Shown: in pieces, positions 48,986 through 60,161 of the stretch
Layout of the letters: every line of letters starts with the position of its first letter
Numbering within the stretch: position 1 is the stretch's first letter
Virus record (IMG/VR): IMGVR_UViG_3300027365_000007
Direction: 5' to 3' (one strand)
Source: a virus
Taxonomy: Duplodnaviria > Caudoviricetes
Length of the DNA: 64,000 nucleotides
The notes under the pieces: model-generated
Seen by the model: only the letters and a program-made list of their open reading frames with translations
What the model was told of the DNA's origin: nothing
Databases searched by the model: none
Made by a program: the position numbers and the translations under genes

Positions 48986-49986
48986 GCTATGACTTCTCGT
49001 ATGATCCCGAGAGTGGATTAACACCTTGGCCAATGATTTGGACAGTAATGCCTTCCCAGTATAATTGGGAAGGTACTTTGGGTGACATTTTAAACTTTTC
49101 AGTCGAAGCTATTCCAGATCCAAGCTATCCGAGTGCTTGGGATGCTTACTATACTGATTTAAATTCGTCAGGAAACGAAGATCCGTTGAATCCTGAACCT
49201 GTTGAGATACCGCCTTTACCACCCGAGCCAGTCCTACAAGAATACATTTATGAATCATCATCTAGTCTAGAATCTGAATATTTTACTTTAAATAACACAG
49301 ACGGTCTAGGTATTACTTCTGTGGACACTGAGTTGTTCTTTCCATATGCTAAGATAGTGTACTTTAAAGATGGAGAGCGTAAGCAAGCGCAATTCCCCCA
49401 AGAGGCAATCGATGATGGTTATGATTATGTAAGCGCTGTTGTGCCTGATGATCGGGAATTCATTATTGAAAATTCTGACCTACGAGCTATATCCACTGCT
49501 AAGACTGATCTTACTGGAAGTTTTAAATTTAAAATAAACAATGATTGGGGTAAAGCCCGTGAAACCCTCTTAACAATGTCAGATCAGTCAAAAACTTATT
49601 TTGATAATTTAGCAGGTAGTACTGGCAACACTGATGAACCGCCTAGTCCTGCAAACGGTAACTCTCCTGTGGCGGAACCTTTAGTCCCTGACTTACCAGA
49701 CCTTTCTACCGAAACAGATACTATAGTAGATCAGGGTGTTCAGAGTTATGACGAACTGTTCCGAGAAGAGGATGCGGAGAAGATAAATACTATCGTTAAT
49801 GATGGAGACTTTTACACAACACTTAAAAATGAAACAACAGTAGTTACTAGTACTCAAAACACTGATGAATTTGGTACTGTTGAATCACCAATAGATGTTG
49901 CTATACGTGAGGGTAACATCGAAGAACTCATGAACGAGTATGGTTATTCATACTCTGAAGTTATTGAATTGATAAGGAATGTATAG
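48982..49986 (+). CDS. acidic structural protein upstream of PAAR
   Basis: 334 aa; coupled between the RyR-domain gene and PAAR. Confidence 0.6.
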   Translation: MSYDFSYDPESGLTPWPMIWTVMPSQYNWEGTLGDILNFSVEAIPDPSYPSAWDAYYTDLNSSGNEDPLNPEPVEIPPLPPEPVLQEYIYESSSSLESEYFTLNNTDGLGITSVDTELFFPYAKIVYFKDGERKQAQFPQEAIDDGYDYVSAVVPDDREFIIENSDLRAISTAKTDLTGSFKFKINNDWGKARETLLTMSDQSKTYFDNLAGSTGNTDEPPSPANGNSPVAEPLVPDLPDLSTETDTIVDQGVQSYDELFREEDAEKINTIVNDGDFYTTLKNETTVVTSTQNTDEFGTVESPIDVAIREGNIEELMNEYGYSYSEVIELIRNV

Positions 49987-49988
49987 AT

Positions 49989-50288
49989 ATGTCAAGTCCT
50001 ACCGCTAGACTTTCATCAGCAACTACAGGCCACGGATGTTGGCCTTCTACAAATATATGTGAAGCTTCCGAAACGGTAATAGCAGGCGGCTTACTGGTAG
50101 CATGCGTTTCACATGCTGCTATTCCTCATCAATGTGTGGTTCTACCATATCCTATTCACGGTCTTTCCGTTGCAAGTGGTTCAGGTAGTGTTATAACAGA
50201 AGGTCTTAGTGCGGCTAGGCTTGGTGATTCTATGAGTTGTGGAGATACTATAGCTGAAGGCTTTCCAACGGTCATTATAGGAGATTAA
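49989..50288 (+). CDS. gp5.4: PAAR spike-tip protein (T4 gp5.4-like)
   Basis: PTARL...GHGCWP...H.C...H....GS..V...G..AARLGD..SCG..IAEG..TV.IG. Confidence 0.88.
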   Translation: MSSPTARLSSATTGHGCWPSTNICEASETVIAGGLLVACVSHAAIPHQCVVLPYPIHGLSVASGSGSVITEGLSAARLGDSMSCGDTIAEGFPTVIIGD

Positions 50289-50296
50289 AATTACAA

Positions 50297-51400
50297 ATGC
50301 GATTACACGAATTAAATAAGAATAAAAATACTGTCTATTTCATGATGGTGTATGCCAACCCACCTACTTATGGATATAAGCTTGCGTATGAAAAGCTTCA
50401 GAAGATTTCAAAAGGCGCAAACCATGTCGTGTTTATTAACCCCATGGTGGATCGTGAATTAAACCCGCTAGATTTTAAGAAAAATTTGGCATATAACAAG
50501 ACATTATTCCCTAATGTGAATTTTAACGAAACAGGGAATATAAAAACACCATTGGAGGCTCTTAAGTACTTAGCGAATGAGTACGATGTTATATATCTTG
50601 TTACTAAAGATGAAAACATTGATGATTATCGTCGTTATACAAAATATGCTGAGAATTGGGGCGTCTATGACTTTGATGTGATTGGTCTAGGTGATAGTAA
50701 GTCTGATGACACCAAAGGTAAGACAAACCGTTTGGCCAGACAGTATGTGAAAAATAACAACTACACAGATTTTAAGAAAACTATACCAACAAAAAATGAG
50801 CGCCTAATTTCCAAGCTGTTCATTGACTTGAGAAAAGCGATGCTGTCGAATAAAACTAAAAAGTCCGATGAAGTTTCTGAAAATGTTAAACAGTTAATAG
50901 AAACTATACAAGAAAAGTGTTCTGGCTTTTCAGTAATGCAAGAATATTTTAGTATTGATAAAGAGGGTAATGAATATATCATGCTTAAGGAGTTAAACCA
51001 ATTTTTTAAAAACATAAAACTTGTTGTTACAAATAAATACAAGGATTATTCTATTGCACGTGATAATGATAAAAACTATGTGATCTTTTTAAACAGTGAC
51101 ATCAATAGCTTAGATCAAAAACTAGTTGAAGAGTCTGAGTTATTCGAAAAGACCATACGTAATACTAAACGACTTGATGAAACGACAGCAGGCGCAATAG
51201 CATCTTCAAATGCTGTACTGGGTACTCCAATCAAGCGTATACCTAATAGTAATGATAATGCATATGAGTTTGTTAAGAAAATCAAGTATGATCGTAGTTG
51301 TCGTGACAAGCTTAATGCATCAATGGGTGAGTTCATAAACCGCAATGGGTATATTGACCAAGATGCGATTAAGAAAATTAAAGATATACTGGAAAAATAA
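50297..51400 (+). CDS. degenerate cytidyltransferase-like protein
   Basis: NPPTYGYKL in place of NPPTxGHxKL; NPLDF.K; N-terminus MRLHEL. Confidence 0.6.
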   Translation: MRLHELNKNKNTVYFMMVYANPPTYGYKLAYEKLQKISKGANHVVFINPMVDRELNPLDFKKNLAYNKTLFPNVNFNETGNIKTPLEALKYLANEYDVIYLVTKDENIDDYRRYTKYAENWGVYDFDVIGLGDSKSDDTKGKTNRLARQYVKNNNYTDFKKTIPTKNERLISKLFIDLRKAMLSNKTKKSDEVSENVKQLIETIQEKCSGFSVMQEYFSIDKEGNEYIMLKELNQFFKNIKLVVTNKYKDYSIARDNDKNYVIFLNSDINSLDQKLVEESELFEKTIRNTKRLDETTAGAIASSNAVLGTPIKRIPNSNDNAYEFVKKIKYDRSCRDKLNASMGEFINRNGYIDQDAIKKIKDILEK

Positions 51401-51762
51401 TGAGTAGAATTTATAAATCCTTTAGTACAACTTCGCCTAATGCTAATGAGAATGGTAATTTATATGATATGGATGTTGTCGTAGATGACATCCATAACCT
51501 TTTATCTATAAAAAAAGATGAAATGCCGATGAGTGATATTGGGTTTATTGGCCATAGTTACATATATCAACCTTCGCTGACACCTGCCGAACAACAGCTT
51601 ATCATTGACGACGCACTCGAACAATTGTCTATGGACCCTAGACTAAATAGTATAAGCATTGATATGGAAGAATTATCTAATGGTTACTACCTTATTATTA
51701 ACGCAACTGTAGTACCACAAAATCAGGAAGTGAATCTTTCTGTTAATTTAAACGATATTTAA
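51400..51762 (+). CDS. gp25: baseplate wedge subunit, gp25-like
   Basis: YKSFST...LYDMDVVVDDIHNLLSIKKDEMPM...DPR; directly upstream of gp6. Confidence 0.75.
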   Translation: MSRIYKSFSTTSPNANENGNLYDMDVVVDDIHNLLSIKKDEMPMSDIGFIGHSYIYQPSLTPAEQQLIIDDALEQLSMDPRLNSISIDMEELSNGYYLIINATVVPQNQEVNLSVNLNDI

Positions 51763-51771
51763 GGGGCACTA

Positions 51772-54700
51772 ATGTCAGAGAGTATAAGACAAAACAATCT
51801 ATTTGCGGCAGAAGACTGGAAAGTCGTTTACAATGCGTTTCGTAACGTATCACTTCAGGCTTATGACTACAATTCAATTTATAATGCGCTTATAGATTAC
51901 CTGCGTACTAATAATCCCGACGAATTCAACGATTATGTTCAGCATTCAGAAATGTTGGCACACATCAACATGCTCGCATATCTGGGACAGTCATATGCGT
52001 TTAGAATAGACTTGAATGCGAGGGAGAACTTTTTCGATACAGCAGAACGCAGGGAGAGCGTTCTTAAGCTTGCACAAGGTTTATCCTATAAACCTAAACG
52101 TAACCGATCTGCAAATGGTCTGTGTAAGATAGTATCCGTACAAACTACAGAACCTCTACTAGACTCTCAAGGCAATAGTTTGTCAAATATCGAAATATCT
52201 TGGGAACAAATTAATAACTCAAATTGGTATGAGAATTTTATAAAAATTCTTAACCGAGCGTTTATTTCAACAAATAGATTTGGTGAACCTGTAAAGTCAG
52301 ATACGATCAATAACATTGATACTCAAGTATACTCTATCAATAATCTTAGTGTAGCAAACAACGACATCGTTTACAACTTTGATGCAGCAATTAACGGTGA
52401 AAATATGACGTTCGAAGTAGTATCCGCAGATATAGACTCGGATGTAATTAAAGAGCGTTCACCAAGACCTGAGTCCACTATCAACATCCTGTATCGAAAT
52501 GATCAGCTAGGTAGTACTTCTGAAAACACAGGCTTTTTTGTGTACTTTAAAGAAGGTAGCCTATCATCAACTATACTCGAATATAATACCCCTGTGCCAG
52601 ATAGAGAAGAATTGATTGATGTGACTAACATCAATGAGACTGATGTATGGTTACAAGAACTGGACACAGATACTGGTTATGTACAATATGAGTGGAAGCC
52701 AATTCCAAGCCTAGTGGGGCAGAATATCATATATAATGACGTGTACCTTAATGAAAGAAAGGTTTATACTGCCAATACACAATCCGATAACCGTGTTATG
52801 TTGAAGTTCAGCGATGGTAATTTTGGTGATGTACCAGTTGGTACATTTAGGGTAATGTATCGAACTTCCAGAAACCAGTCATATATTATTCGCCCAAATG
52901 ACATTAAGAAGAAAAATGTTAATATACGTTATGTCGGTAAAGACAATCAAGTCTATACACTTACATTAACATTCTCTTTGCAATATACAATTGATAATGC
53001 GGAAAGTGAAGAAAGTACTGATGAAATAAAGCGTAATGCTCCATTAGTGCATTATAGCCAAGATCGTATGATCAATGGTGAAGACTACAACGTATTCCCA
53101 TTGACACAATCAAACCTAGTCAGAAAGGTTAAGGCGGTTAATCGTACACATGCAGGCCACAGTCGATATATCGACATTACAGACCCCACTGGATCACATT
53201 CAAACACTACTGTTGTAGGTGACGATGCCTATATGTATAAAGATTACGGTTTGAATTCCGATGGCTTTAAAATAGAGAGTAACACTAATTATAGTTCTCT
53301 TGTGCGCACTCGCATTGAACCACTTCTTAATAGCTATGGTATTGATAACTATTATTTCCACGAGTACCGTTCTGTAATATTATCGGAAGCAATCGACAAT
53401 TTAGGCGGATATGGTAGTGAATATTTGACGTTCGATAGTGGACGTTATATATGGAAAACCCTGCCTATGAATATGTACTCCACAACTGGATATATTGTGG
53501 ATACAACCACTTCTCAAAATGTTGAGATTGGGCTGGGTTCTTCAGAAGAAAAACTAAAACTAGTACGTGAAAATTCAAAAATATTATTCAAAAATAATAA
53601 CGGAGAAAGTAAGTGGGTTACAATACGTGGTCTTGAAGAAGGTGGTATTGTAAACCTTGCGGTTGATGCGTCAGGGACGGTAGAATTGTCCAACGATATT
53701 GATGATGGATGGTATATTAAAGAAGTTATACCGGGCATACGTAAAAGTCTTAATATCGATGAACGTATTGCCGTGCAGACTGAAATTGAAAATAATAGAT
53801 CCTTTGGTGTGCGCTATGATTTCATTAATGATTCATGGGTTATTATCGCTCAAGAGAATATTGTAAATACAGATAATAGTACTTTTGATCTTAACGCACC
53901 TTCTCTTCCAAATGCCCCTGATAACCGTTGGTTACTAAAGGCAACCTTCATTAATGAACAGGGCGAAAAACGTTACAACGTTGTTGTAAGGCAGCTTAGA
54001 TATGTATTTGGCTCCGACAAACAGGTTAGATTCTTCTTTAAGAATACAGATAAAGTCATAGACTATGAGACAGGTCGATTTGTGGAAGATTATATAAAAA
54101 TCCTTTCTTCAAACTCAGATCGTAAAGACATTAATGAACAAACAACATCAGCACGTGGAATTGTTGGTCATATGTATACCTCGGCTACACACAGTTCTAC
54201 GACTGAATATGATATTACTAGCTCAGTGCCTTATAATGCTAACACAGGCGATATACGCTTATATACTGTTGATAAGAAGTTAATTACCAACTGGAATATT
54301 CAATTCACTAACAGTAGGACTATTCTTACTATCAATGATCCATTGTTGCCTGATAACACCGTAAGTCCATTTAAAATCACTGATATTATAGAAGTGTACG
54401 ACTTGGAAGGTGGAAATGAGACGTTGGGTGTTAGTTACAACTTTTCAATTGTCGATAGTTTCATACAAAATGATGGTATCGTAGATTACTCTAAAGTATT
54501 AATAGAGCCGCAAGATATTGACGATGATGAAGTCCAAGATTTTCCGTTGGCCTTTGAGGATATTGTCAACCTTAACGAATATGTGTTTTTTAAAACGTAT
54601 ACCGATATGGATAATATCATATACAACAGGGTTGACAGCAACGTACTACTTCTTAATGACAATACCACACGTATAAACTCTGGTGTTGTGTACTACTGTA

Positions 54701-55503
54701 GTTCTGATATTACTATCACTGACAACTATGGGAATAGTATTGATTATACCGCTGGTAACTTTTACGTAGGTGATGACGTTGATGTTGATGGTATACGCCC
54801 CAATAGCGCTACTGTATTAATTAATAATTCGGACGAAGAGGGTAATACCTATAGTTCATATATAGGACGTTCATTCACAAAAGACGATCCATTTTTCTTC
54901 CAGTGGAAGCATTATGCTGGTGGTAAGGATCGTATAGATCCTAGTATTTCAAACATAATTGATACCTATGTTCTTACACGTTCTTATGATAATGCCGTTA
55001 GAACATGGTTGAATAATCGAGAAGACGTAAGTACGTTTCCATCTCTACCAACCTCTAATGAAATAAAGAGTAACTTGCAGCAGATCGAAAGTAATAAGTC
55101 AACTTCAGATCAGATCATTTATATACCAGCTTCTTATAAATTACTATTTGGAGAATCTGCACTTCCTGAATATCGTGCAACATTCAAAATAGTTAAAACA
55201 GCAGGTAGCTATCTGACTGATAATGAAATAAAGTCTCAGGTTATTGAAGCTGTAAATACATTCTTTAATATCGACAATTGGGACTTTGGCTCAGGTTTCT
55301 ATTTTACCGAGCTGTCTACATACATACACACAAAGCTAACAGGCAATATTGCATCAGTAGTAATCGTACCTGAAGATGAAAATTCAAGATTTGGTGAATT
55401 GTTTGAAATTCGTTCTGAACCAAATGAATTATTCTTATCGACAGCTAGTGTAGAAAATGTCGAGATTGTAAGAACTTATACAGATGCAAACTTAAGGAAG
55501 TAA
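51772..55503 (+). CDS. gp6: baseplate wedge protein, gp6-like
   Basis: QAYDYNSI...LAYLGQ...ARENFFDTAERRESVLKLA..LSYKPKR; KFSDGNFGDVP; QDRMINGEDY. Confidence 0.85.
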   Translation: MSESIRQNNLFAAEDWKVVYNAFRNVSLQAYDYNSIYNALIDYLRTNNPDEFNDYVQHSEMLAHINMLAYLGQSYAFRIDLNARENFFDTAERRESVLKLAQGLSYKPKRNRSANGLCKIVSVQTTEPLLDSQGNSLSNIEISWEQINNSNWYENFIKILNRAFISTNRFGEPVKSDTINNIDTQVYSINNLSVANNDIVYNFDAAINGENMTFEVVSADIDSDVIKERSPRPESTINILYRNDQLGSTSENTGFFVYFKEGSLSSTILEYNTPVPDREELIDVTNINETDVWLQELDTDTGYVQYEWKPIPSLVGQNIIYNDVYLNERKVYTANTQSDNRVMLKFSDGNFGDVPVGTFRVMYRTSRNQSYIIRPNDIKKKNVNIRYVGKDNQVYTLTLTFSLQYTIDNAESEESTDEIKRNAPLVHYSQDRMINGEDYNVFPLTQSNLVRKVKAVNRTHAGHSRYIDITDPTGSHSNTTVVGDDAYMYKDYGLNSDGFKIESNTNYSSLVRTRIEPLLNSYGIDNYYFHEYRSVILSEAIDNLGGYGSEYLTFDSGRYIWKTLPMNMYSTTGYIVDTTTSQNVEIGLGSSEEKLKLVRENSKILFKNNNGESKWVTIRGLEEGGIVNLAVDASGTVELSNDIDDGWYIKEVIPGIRKSLNIDERIAVQTEIENNRSFGVRYDFINDSWVIIAQENIVNTDNSTFDLNAPSLPNAPDNRWLLKATFINEQGEKRYNVVVRQLRYVFGSDKQVRFFFKNTDKVIDYETGRFVEDYIKILSSNSDRKDINEQTTSARGIVGHMYTSATHSSTTEYDITSSVPYNANTGDIRLYTVDKKLITNWNIQFTNSRTILTINDPLLPDNTVSPFKITDIIEVYDLEGGNETLGVSYNFSIVDSFIQNDGIVDYSKVLIEPQDIDDDEVQDFPLAFEDIVNLNEYVFFKTYTDMDNIIYNRVDSNVLLLNDNTTRINSGVVYYCSSDITITDNYGNSIDYTAGNFYVGDDVDVDGIRPNSATVLINNSDEEGNTYSSYIGRSFTKDDPFFFQWKHYAGGKDRIDPSISNIIDTYVLTRSYDNAVRTWLNNREDVSTFPSLPTSNEIKSNLQQIESNKSTSDQIIYIPASYKLLFGESALPEYRATFKIVKTAGSYLTDNEIKSQVIEAVNTFFNIDNWDFGSGFYFTELSTYIHTKLTGNIASVVIVPEDENSRFGELFEIRSEPNELFLSTASVENVEIVRTYTDANLRK

Positions 55504-55504
55504 T

Positions 55505-56869
55505 ATGTACAGTAGAGATTATTTTTATGACAAACAACTAAGACGTTACCTGTTACAAATAATTAGATTATTTTCAGGGTTCAAAGTTTATGACGGAAAG
55601 CGTAACGGTACTGATCGCTATAAGTTGGTGCCATGTACCTATGCTGATATGTCTCGTCTTGGTGCGACATACCTGAACAAAAACAGTGAAAATATATTGA
55701 CGACAGCGCCTATGCTATCGTTACATATCTCTGAGTTTCAACCGTTACCTGAGTATCGCCATACCCCTCATTATGAGGGGGTAAGTCATATCACTGAAAA
55801 GCAGAAAGATGAAAATGGTAACTATATAAACAAACCTGCAAGTAAGTATACTATATCACAGCTTATGCCAGTTCCTTTCACAATGAATATAAACGTAGAT
55901 GTGTTCACCACATCTACTGATCAAAAGATGGAGCTTATGGAACAGATATTAGTATGGTATAATCCGGGCTTCGAATTTAAAGTTAATTCATCGCCTATGG
56001 ATATGGGTAATGTATCTAACATCCAACTAGAAAATATACAATGGACATCACGAAGTGTACCACAAGGTACCAGTACCGAAATTGATGTTATGACATTGAC
56101 TTTCAGAATTTTCCCAGTCTTTATTACAAGCCCTGCGAAAATACGAAAGCAAACTAAAATACATAATGTTTATACCAATATACATCTAACAACCGCCGAT
56201 GAAGATTCTCTACTAAGTAACTCACTTAGTGATATATTTTCGCGGGATAATTATCTACTGGAACCAGTTGTCGCAACACCAAATGGATACGATCTCGAAG
56301 TTTACAAAAAAGACAATTCTTATTTTGCCAAGATCATAAACACTTCAGGTAACTACGATAACTGGGAAACTATGTTCGACTTATACGGAAAGGTTGATGA
56401 AGGTGTTACAACTATCCGCATAGGACAGTCTAATAATCCTGAAGAAGACAATAGCTTCATTTACGGTACATTTCTATATACACCAGATCCTAAAGAACTA
56501 CAGATCGAGTTTGATGTAGATACGTTCTCAACGCCAACGTTAGAGCCAGTAGATGCTATCATTAATCCGAATGGTAACATACCAGCACTCAATACTAATA
56601 CCCGCTTCTTAATAGCATCTGACATTGCAGATTCAAGTGTTTGGGGAGGACTTGAAGCATCACAATGGGATATAATCGAAACCAATGATGGTGGCCTTAC
56701 ATGGTCTATATCGTTTGATGCATCTGAATCCGATACCATTGAGTATGTGGTGAATCTTACGAAGAATGATTTGTATAAATTCAATGATGGTCAATGGATT
56801 TCAGCAATATCTGGTCGATACGTAGAAGGCTATTGGGGATTTGATGTTGAAAAGTTAGAGAATTCATGA
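55505..56869 (+). CDS. gp15: tail sheath stabiliser/terminator, gp15-like
   Basis: YFYDKQLRRY...F; MPVPFTMNINVD; ELMEQILVWYNP. Confidence 0.7.
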   Translation: MYSRDYFYDKQLRRYLLQIIRLFSGFKVYDGKRNGTDRYKLVPCTYADMSRLGATYLNKNSENILTTAPMLSLHISEFQPLPEYRHTPHYEGVSHITEKQKDENGNYINKPASKYTISQLMPVPFTMNINVDVFTTSTDQKMELMEQILVWYNPGFEFKVNSSPMDMGNVSNIQLENIQWTSRSVPQGTSTEIDVMTLTFRIFPVFITSPAKIRKQTKIHNVYTNIHLTTADEDSLLSNSLSDIFSRDNYLLEPVVATPNGYDLEVYKKDNSYFAKIINTSGNYDNWETMFDLYGKVDEGVTTIRIGQSNNPEEDNSFIYGTFLYTPDPKELQIEFDVDTFSTPTLEPVDAIINPNGNIPALNTNTRFLIASDIADSSVWGGLEASQWDIIETNDGGLTWSISFDASESDTIEYVVNLTKNDLYKFNDGQWISAISGRYVEGYWGFDVEKLENS

Positions 56870-56875
56870 TATAAT
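56847..56875 (+). promoter_or_regulatory. sigma70-like promoter
   Basis: TTGAAA-N17-TATAAT with TGn extension, upstream of the NUDIX gene. Confidence 0.7.
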
Positions 56876-56899
56876 GCTCCTTATCTAAGGAGTTACTAA

Positions 56900-57325
56900 A
56901 TGAATTATAAACTGAAAAAAGCAGGTCTCATATTGTATAGAAAGACCTGTGATGATATTCTATTTCGTTGTATGATCCCAAGCGACCCACTTTATGGGGG
57001 ATCGTCGCCACAAATTCCAAAAGGTGGTATCGAAGAGGGTGATGGTGTTAAATTTACCGCTGTGAAAGAATGTTGTGAAGAGTGTGGGCTTGTCCCAACC
57101 AATTTGGAAAGTATCGAAGAATTCAAGATTTACCCAAAAATGAAGATGGCTATCTATATAGGTACTGTTGACGATCCTGATGATTTTGTAGATCCACATT
57201 GGGAATCAAAGTGGTCTGGTTGGGTAAGCTATAAAGATCGTCGTCACGATCTTAGAGATGTTCAACGTCATATTTTTGATGATGTATACCAACACCTAAT
57301 GAACTTAGATATTGAGGAAGAATAA
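56900..57325 (+). CDS. NUDIX hydrolase
   Basis: PKGGIEEGD...TAVKECCEECG Nudix box. Confidence 0.88.
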   Translation: MNYKLKKAGLILYRKTCDDILFRCMIPSDPLYGGSSPQIPKGGIEEGDGVKFTAVKECCEECGLVPTNLESIEEFKIYPKMKMAIYIGTVDDPDDFVDPHWESKWSGWVSYKDRRHDLRDVQRHIFDDVYQHLMNLDIEEE

Positions 57326-57326
57326 A

Positions 57327-58187
57327 ATGGTTAATGACGAAAATGATTTTCATGAACGCTTGGATTTTGTATATAATGAAATTTTTAAGTTGAAAAATGA
57401 TGATTTCAATCGCGACTTGGAATTTGAAGAGGTAAAAAACAAATTAATGTATTGTGAAAGCCAAATATCTTTTTTGGAAAATCAAAATCTAACCCTTGAA
57501 AGACTATTCTTAGCCTCAGTAACTGAGTCAGACATCGCGGAAATGGCCCGAAGCAATCTTGACCACCAAAACGATCATGTGGATATGTATGTGTTTAATG
57601 TAGAGGATATTCTTCATGATTTGAATTCTTTATCGTCTGTTATTAATTTAGACCCATACCTTACTGTGGCCAATATTGCACAAGGTTTACTTAAATATGA
57701 ACTGACTCCCAGCAAATACGCTGAGTATATAAAAAGAATCATGAAACACCCATTTATTAATTTACAATGCTTTAGGAATATGAGTGGCACTGAAAACTTC
57801 TATAGCAATTATCCAGAAGTGTGTGAGGCTCTTTATAGCGAATTCACATATTACACTATAGTATGTGGCTTATGTAATAGCGGGGACGGACTTAACTATG
57901 CTAAATTTTTAATTCATACACTGAAACCAACATTTCAGTATGAATTTGTCCGTTATCTATTTAATAATTTCGACAACGCGAGATTGATGACCGTCATAGA
58001 TACAATCTATAATCTCAATGGTTATGAAAACATGAAGGGATATGTTGGAGATAGATATTTTAAGAAATTAGCATACGATGTGCGTAATGAAAGTATCGAT
58101 GTAGACAACACTTTTAATAAAAAAATGCGCAAGCGAAGTAAAAAGATTGATAATTATTTAAAACTACATAATAAGCACACCTCTTAA
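57327..58187 (+). CDS. hypothetical protein with an N-terminal coiled coil
   Basis: Likely start 57327 after GAGG. Confidence 0.65.
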   Translation: MVNDENDFHERLDFVYNEIFKLKNDDFNRDLEFEEVKNKLMYCESQISFLENQNLTLERLFLASVTESDIAEMARSNLDHQNDHVDMYVFNVEDILHDLNSLSSVINLDPYLTVANIAQGLLKYELTPSKYAEYIKRIMKHPFINLQCFRNMSGTENFYSNYPEVCEALYSEFTYYTIVCGLCNSGDGLNYAKFLIHTLKPTFQYEFVRYLFNNFDNARLMTVIDTIYNLNGYENMKGYVGDRYFKKLAYDVRNESIDVDNTFNKKMRKRSKKIDNYLKLHNKHTS

Positions 58188-58203
58188 GATTTCTTAAGAG
58201 GTG
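58178..58203. terminator. hairpin between convergent genes
   Basis: CACCTCTTAAGA-tt-TCTTAAGAGGTG. Confidence 0.6.
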
Positions 58204-58231
58204 ATTTCAATCTTAAATAGTATAATTAATA

Positions 58232-60094
58232 TTACAACTTTTCAATATTTATATTAATTATACTATTCTCATATGGGGTTAAATTCAATATATCATTATC
58301 TAGATATCCAGTTGATACATTCTCTCCGTTATTATTGTAATATGTTACATCAAATACTGCACTATTACCATACTCAGTAGTTATTTTAAATTGACCCGTG
58401 TATTCACCAGACAATGAAAATTGTGTAAATTGATTTCTGGTACCGTCTAAGTTGTCTGAGTCTTCGTATATTAATACACGTACCTCATATCCATTGAATG
58501 TCATTGGTGATAACGTGCCTAAGCTTTGACTATACGAATACCCCCATTGATGTGTATCACTAAAAGTGACATATCTATACTCTACATCTAATTGATATTG
58601 GAATTGTTTTACTAATATTGACTTAGTATAGCTCGAACCTTCTCTAGATGCCGTAATATCTACATTCGTATCCGCACTTACCGATGGTGCTGTATAGATA
58701 ATATTATCACCCGATCTGATAACACTACCCTGTGTTACACTAATATTGTATGTGTAATTTGGATTGAAATTATCAATAACATAGTAAGCGGTATCTTGTT
58801 GCACAACTTCGTCAGGCCCTGTTAAAACGATAGGATCATCTGCCAATAGGGTTAGTGCTATTGAATCACTAGAACCTTCTCTAGACACCGTAATATTACC
58901 TGATTGTTCGTATGGTGCTGTCAACGGCGCATCAAGTTCTATAACATCATCCGTTCTAGTGACTGTAGCTCCTGCTATATCAGTGTTTATATCATAAGTG
59001 TAATTAGGATTGTAATTATCAATGGTATAGGTATACACACCGCGTGATTCGAGTACACTTGGGCCTGTCAGGTTTATAGGTGGCTCTGCATTTAATGTTA
59101 CCGGGAAGTAATTAGAATAACCGTCCTTGGAAACACTCAGGGTTAGCGTGGACGCAATAGGGCTTGTAAGTGGCGTTACAAGTTCTATTGTATCATCTGA
59201 TATAAAGCTCACAGTTGCTTCGTCTGAATCCACACTAACTGTATAATCACTAAAGCTATTGTAATTTGTCATTGTGTAGGTATATGTATTTTGGACATCA
59301 ACGTTGTTAGGCCCTTTGAGGGTAACAAGTCCTTCGCCACGTGCACCAAATATCCACGCACTATCAATTATACCAGAACCATCAGTGGTGGGTATAGCAT
59401 TCTCTTTAGGAGTATTAGAGAACATGTAACGACCTACTCCTACACGTTCCATGCCACGTATTGGTTCGAAGTCGATTATACCCGTTGCATCTGTAGTCAA
59501 AGTACCTATGTAAATGAGACTATTATCATTTGGCAGGCGAGTAACATTGAGCATAAATCTAACATTTAAAAGGTCTGTTGCATCTGCATATGCATAGAAT
59601 TCTTTGTTTTCAAAATTACTCTCAACATTTCTAATATCTATAGTGACTGCGGGTATATGGTATTTCCATCCATTAATTAAACAATCAGTCGCCGAAAATC
59701 TGAAATTATAAGAATCTAAGATTGAATAAGAATAAGTATTTGTTGAAAGATCCCCTATAGAAGTAATACCGTAAAACTCACCACTACGCATATGAAGTGG
59801 TATACTATTCTCCATATATAATTTTGATACGGCGTGTGTGTTCACTGTAGGATGATTCGACAGTATTATCTCAGGTATGGTATCATTCTCAACTAACAGG
59901 AACTCGTTGGTTAAATCGCTGTATGTATTGCCTGATAAAACATCAGCATCAATACCACCACCAGAGCCGGGAGAACCTGTAGCCAACGTATTAAGACCAT
60001 CAATTTGTGATGCTTCATGACGATGTTTATTCGCAATACCTTTGTGAATAATTTTCTTACCACCAATTGTTGTACCGTTTGGTAAATCTGCCAT
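58232..60094 (-). CDS. fibre/appendage protein with three Ig-like repeats
   Basis: MADLPNGTTIGG start, LxxHPT..HAVSK.Y; three ~80-aa LTGP..YTYTI.NYNPNY.Y repeats; TATAAATA at 60135-60142 (-). Confidence 0.65.
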   Translation of the reverse strand: MADLPNGTTIGGKKIIHKGIANKHRHEASQIDGLNTLATGSPGSGGGIDADVLSGNTYSDLTNEFLLVENDTIPEIILSNHPTVNTHAVSKLYMENSIPLHMRSGEFYGITSIGDLSTNTYSYSILDSYNFRFSATDCLINGWKYHIPAVTIDIRNVESNFENKEFYAYADATDLLNVRFMLNVTRLPNDNSLIYIGTLTTDATGIIDFEPIRGMERVGVGRYMFSNTPKENAIPTTDGSGIIDSAWIFGARGEGLVTLKGPNNVDVQNTYTYTMTNYNSFSDYTVSVDSDEATVSFISDDTIELVTPLTSPIASTLTLSVSKDGYSNYFPVTLNAEPPINLTGPSVLESRGVYTYTIDNYNPNYTYDINTDIAGATVTRTDDVIELDAPLTAPYEQSGNITVSREGSSDSIALTLLADDPIVLTGPDEVVQQDTAYYVIDNFNPNYTYNISVTQGSVIRSGDNIIYTAPSVSADTNVDITASREGSSYTKSILVKQFQYQLDVEYRYVTFSDTHQWGYSYSQSLGTLSPMTFNGYEVRVLIYEDSDNLDGTRNQFTQFSLSGEYTGQFKITTEYGNSAVFDVTYYNNNGENVSTGYLDNDILNLTPYENSIININIEKL

Positions 60095-60161
60095 TATATA
60101 TACCTTTTCCGTTATTCAAACCTATGTTATACTGTATTTATATATTAGAGATGATCTGTTT

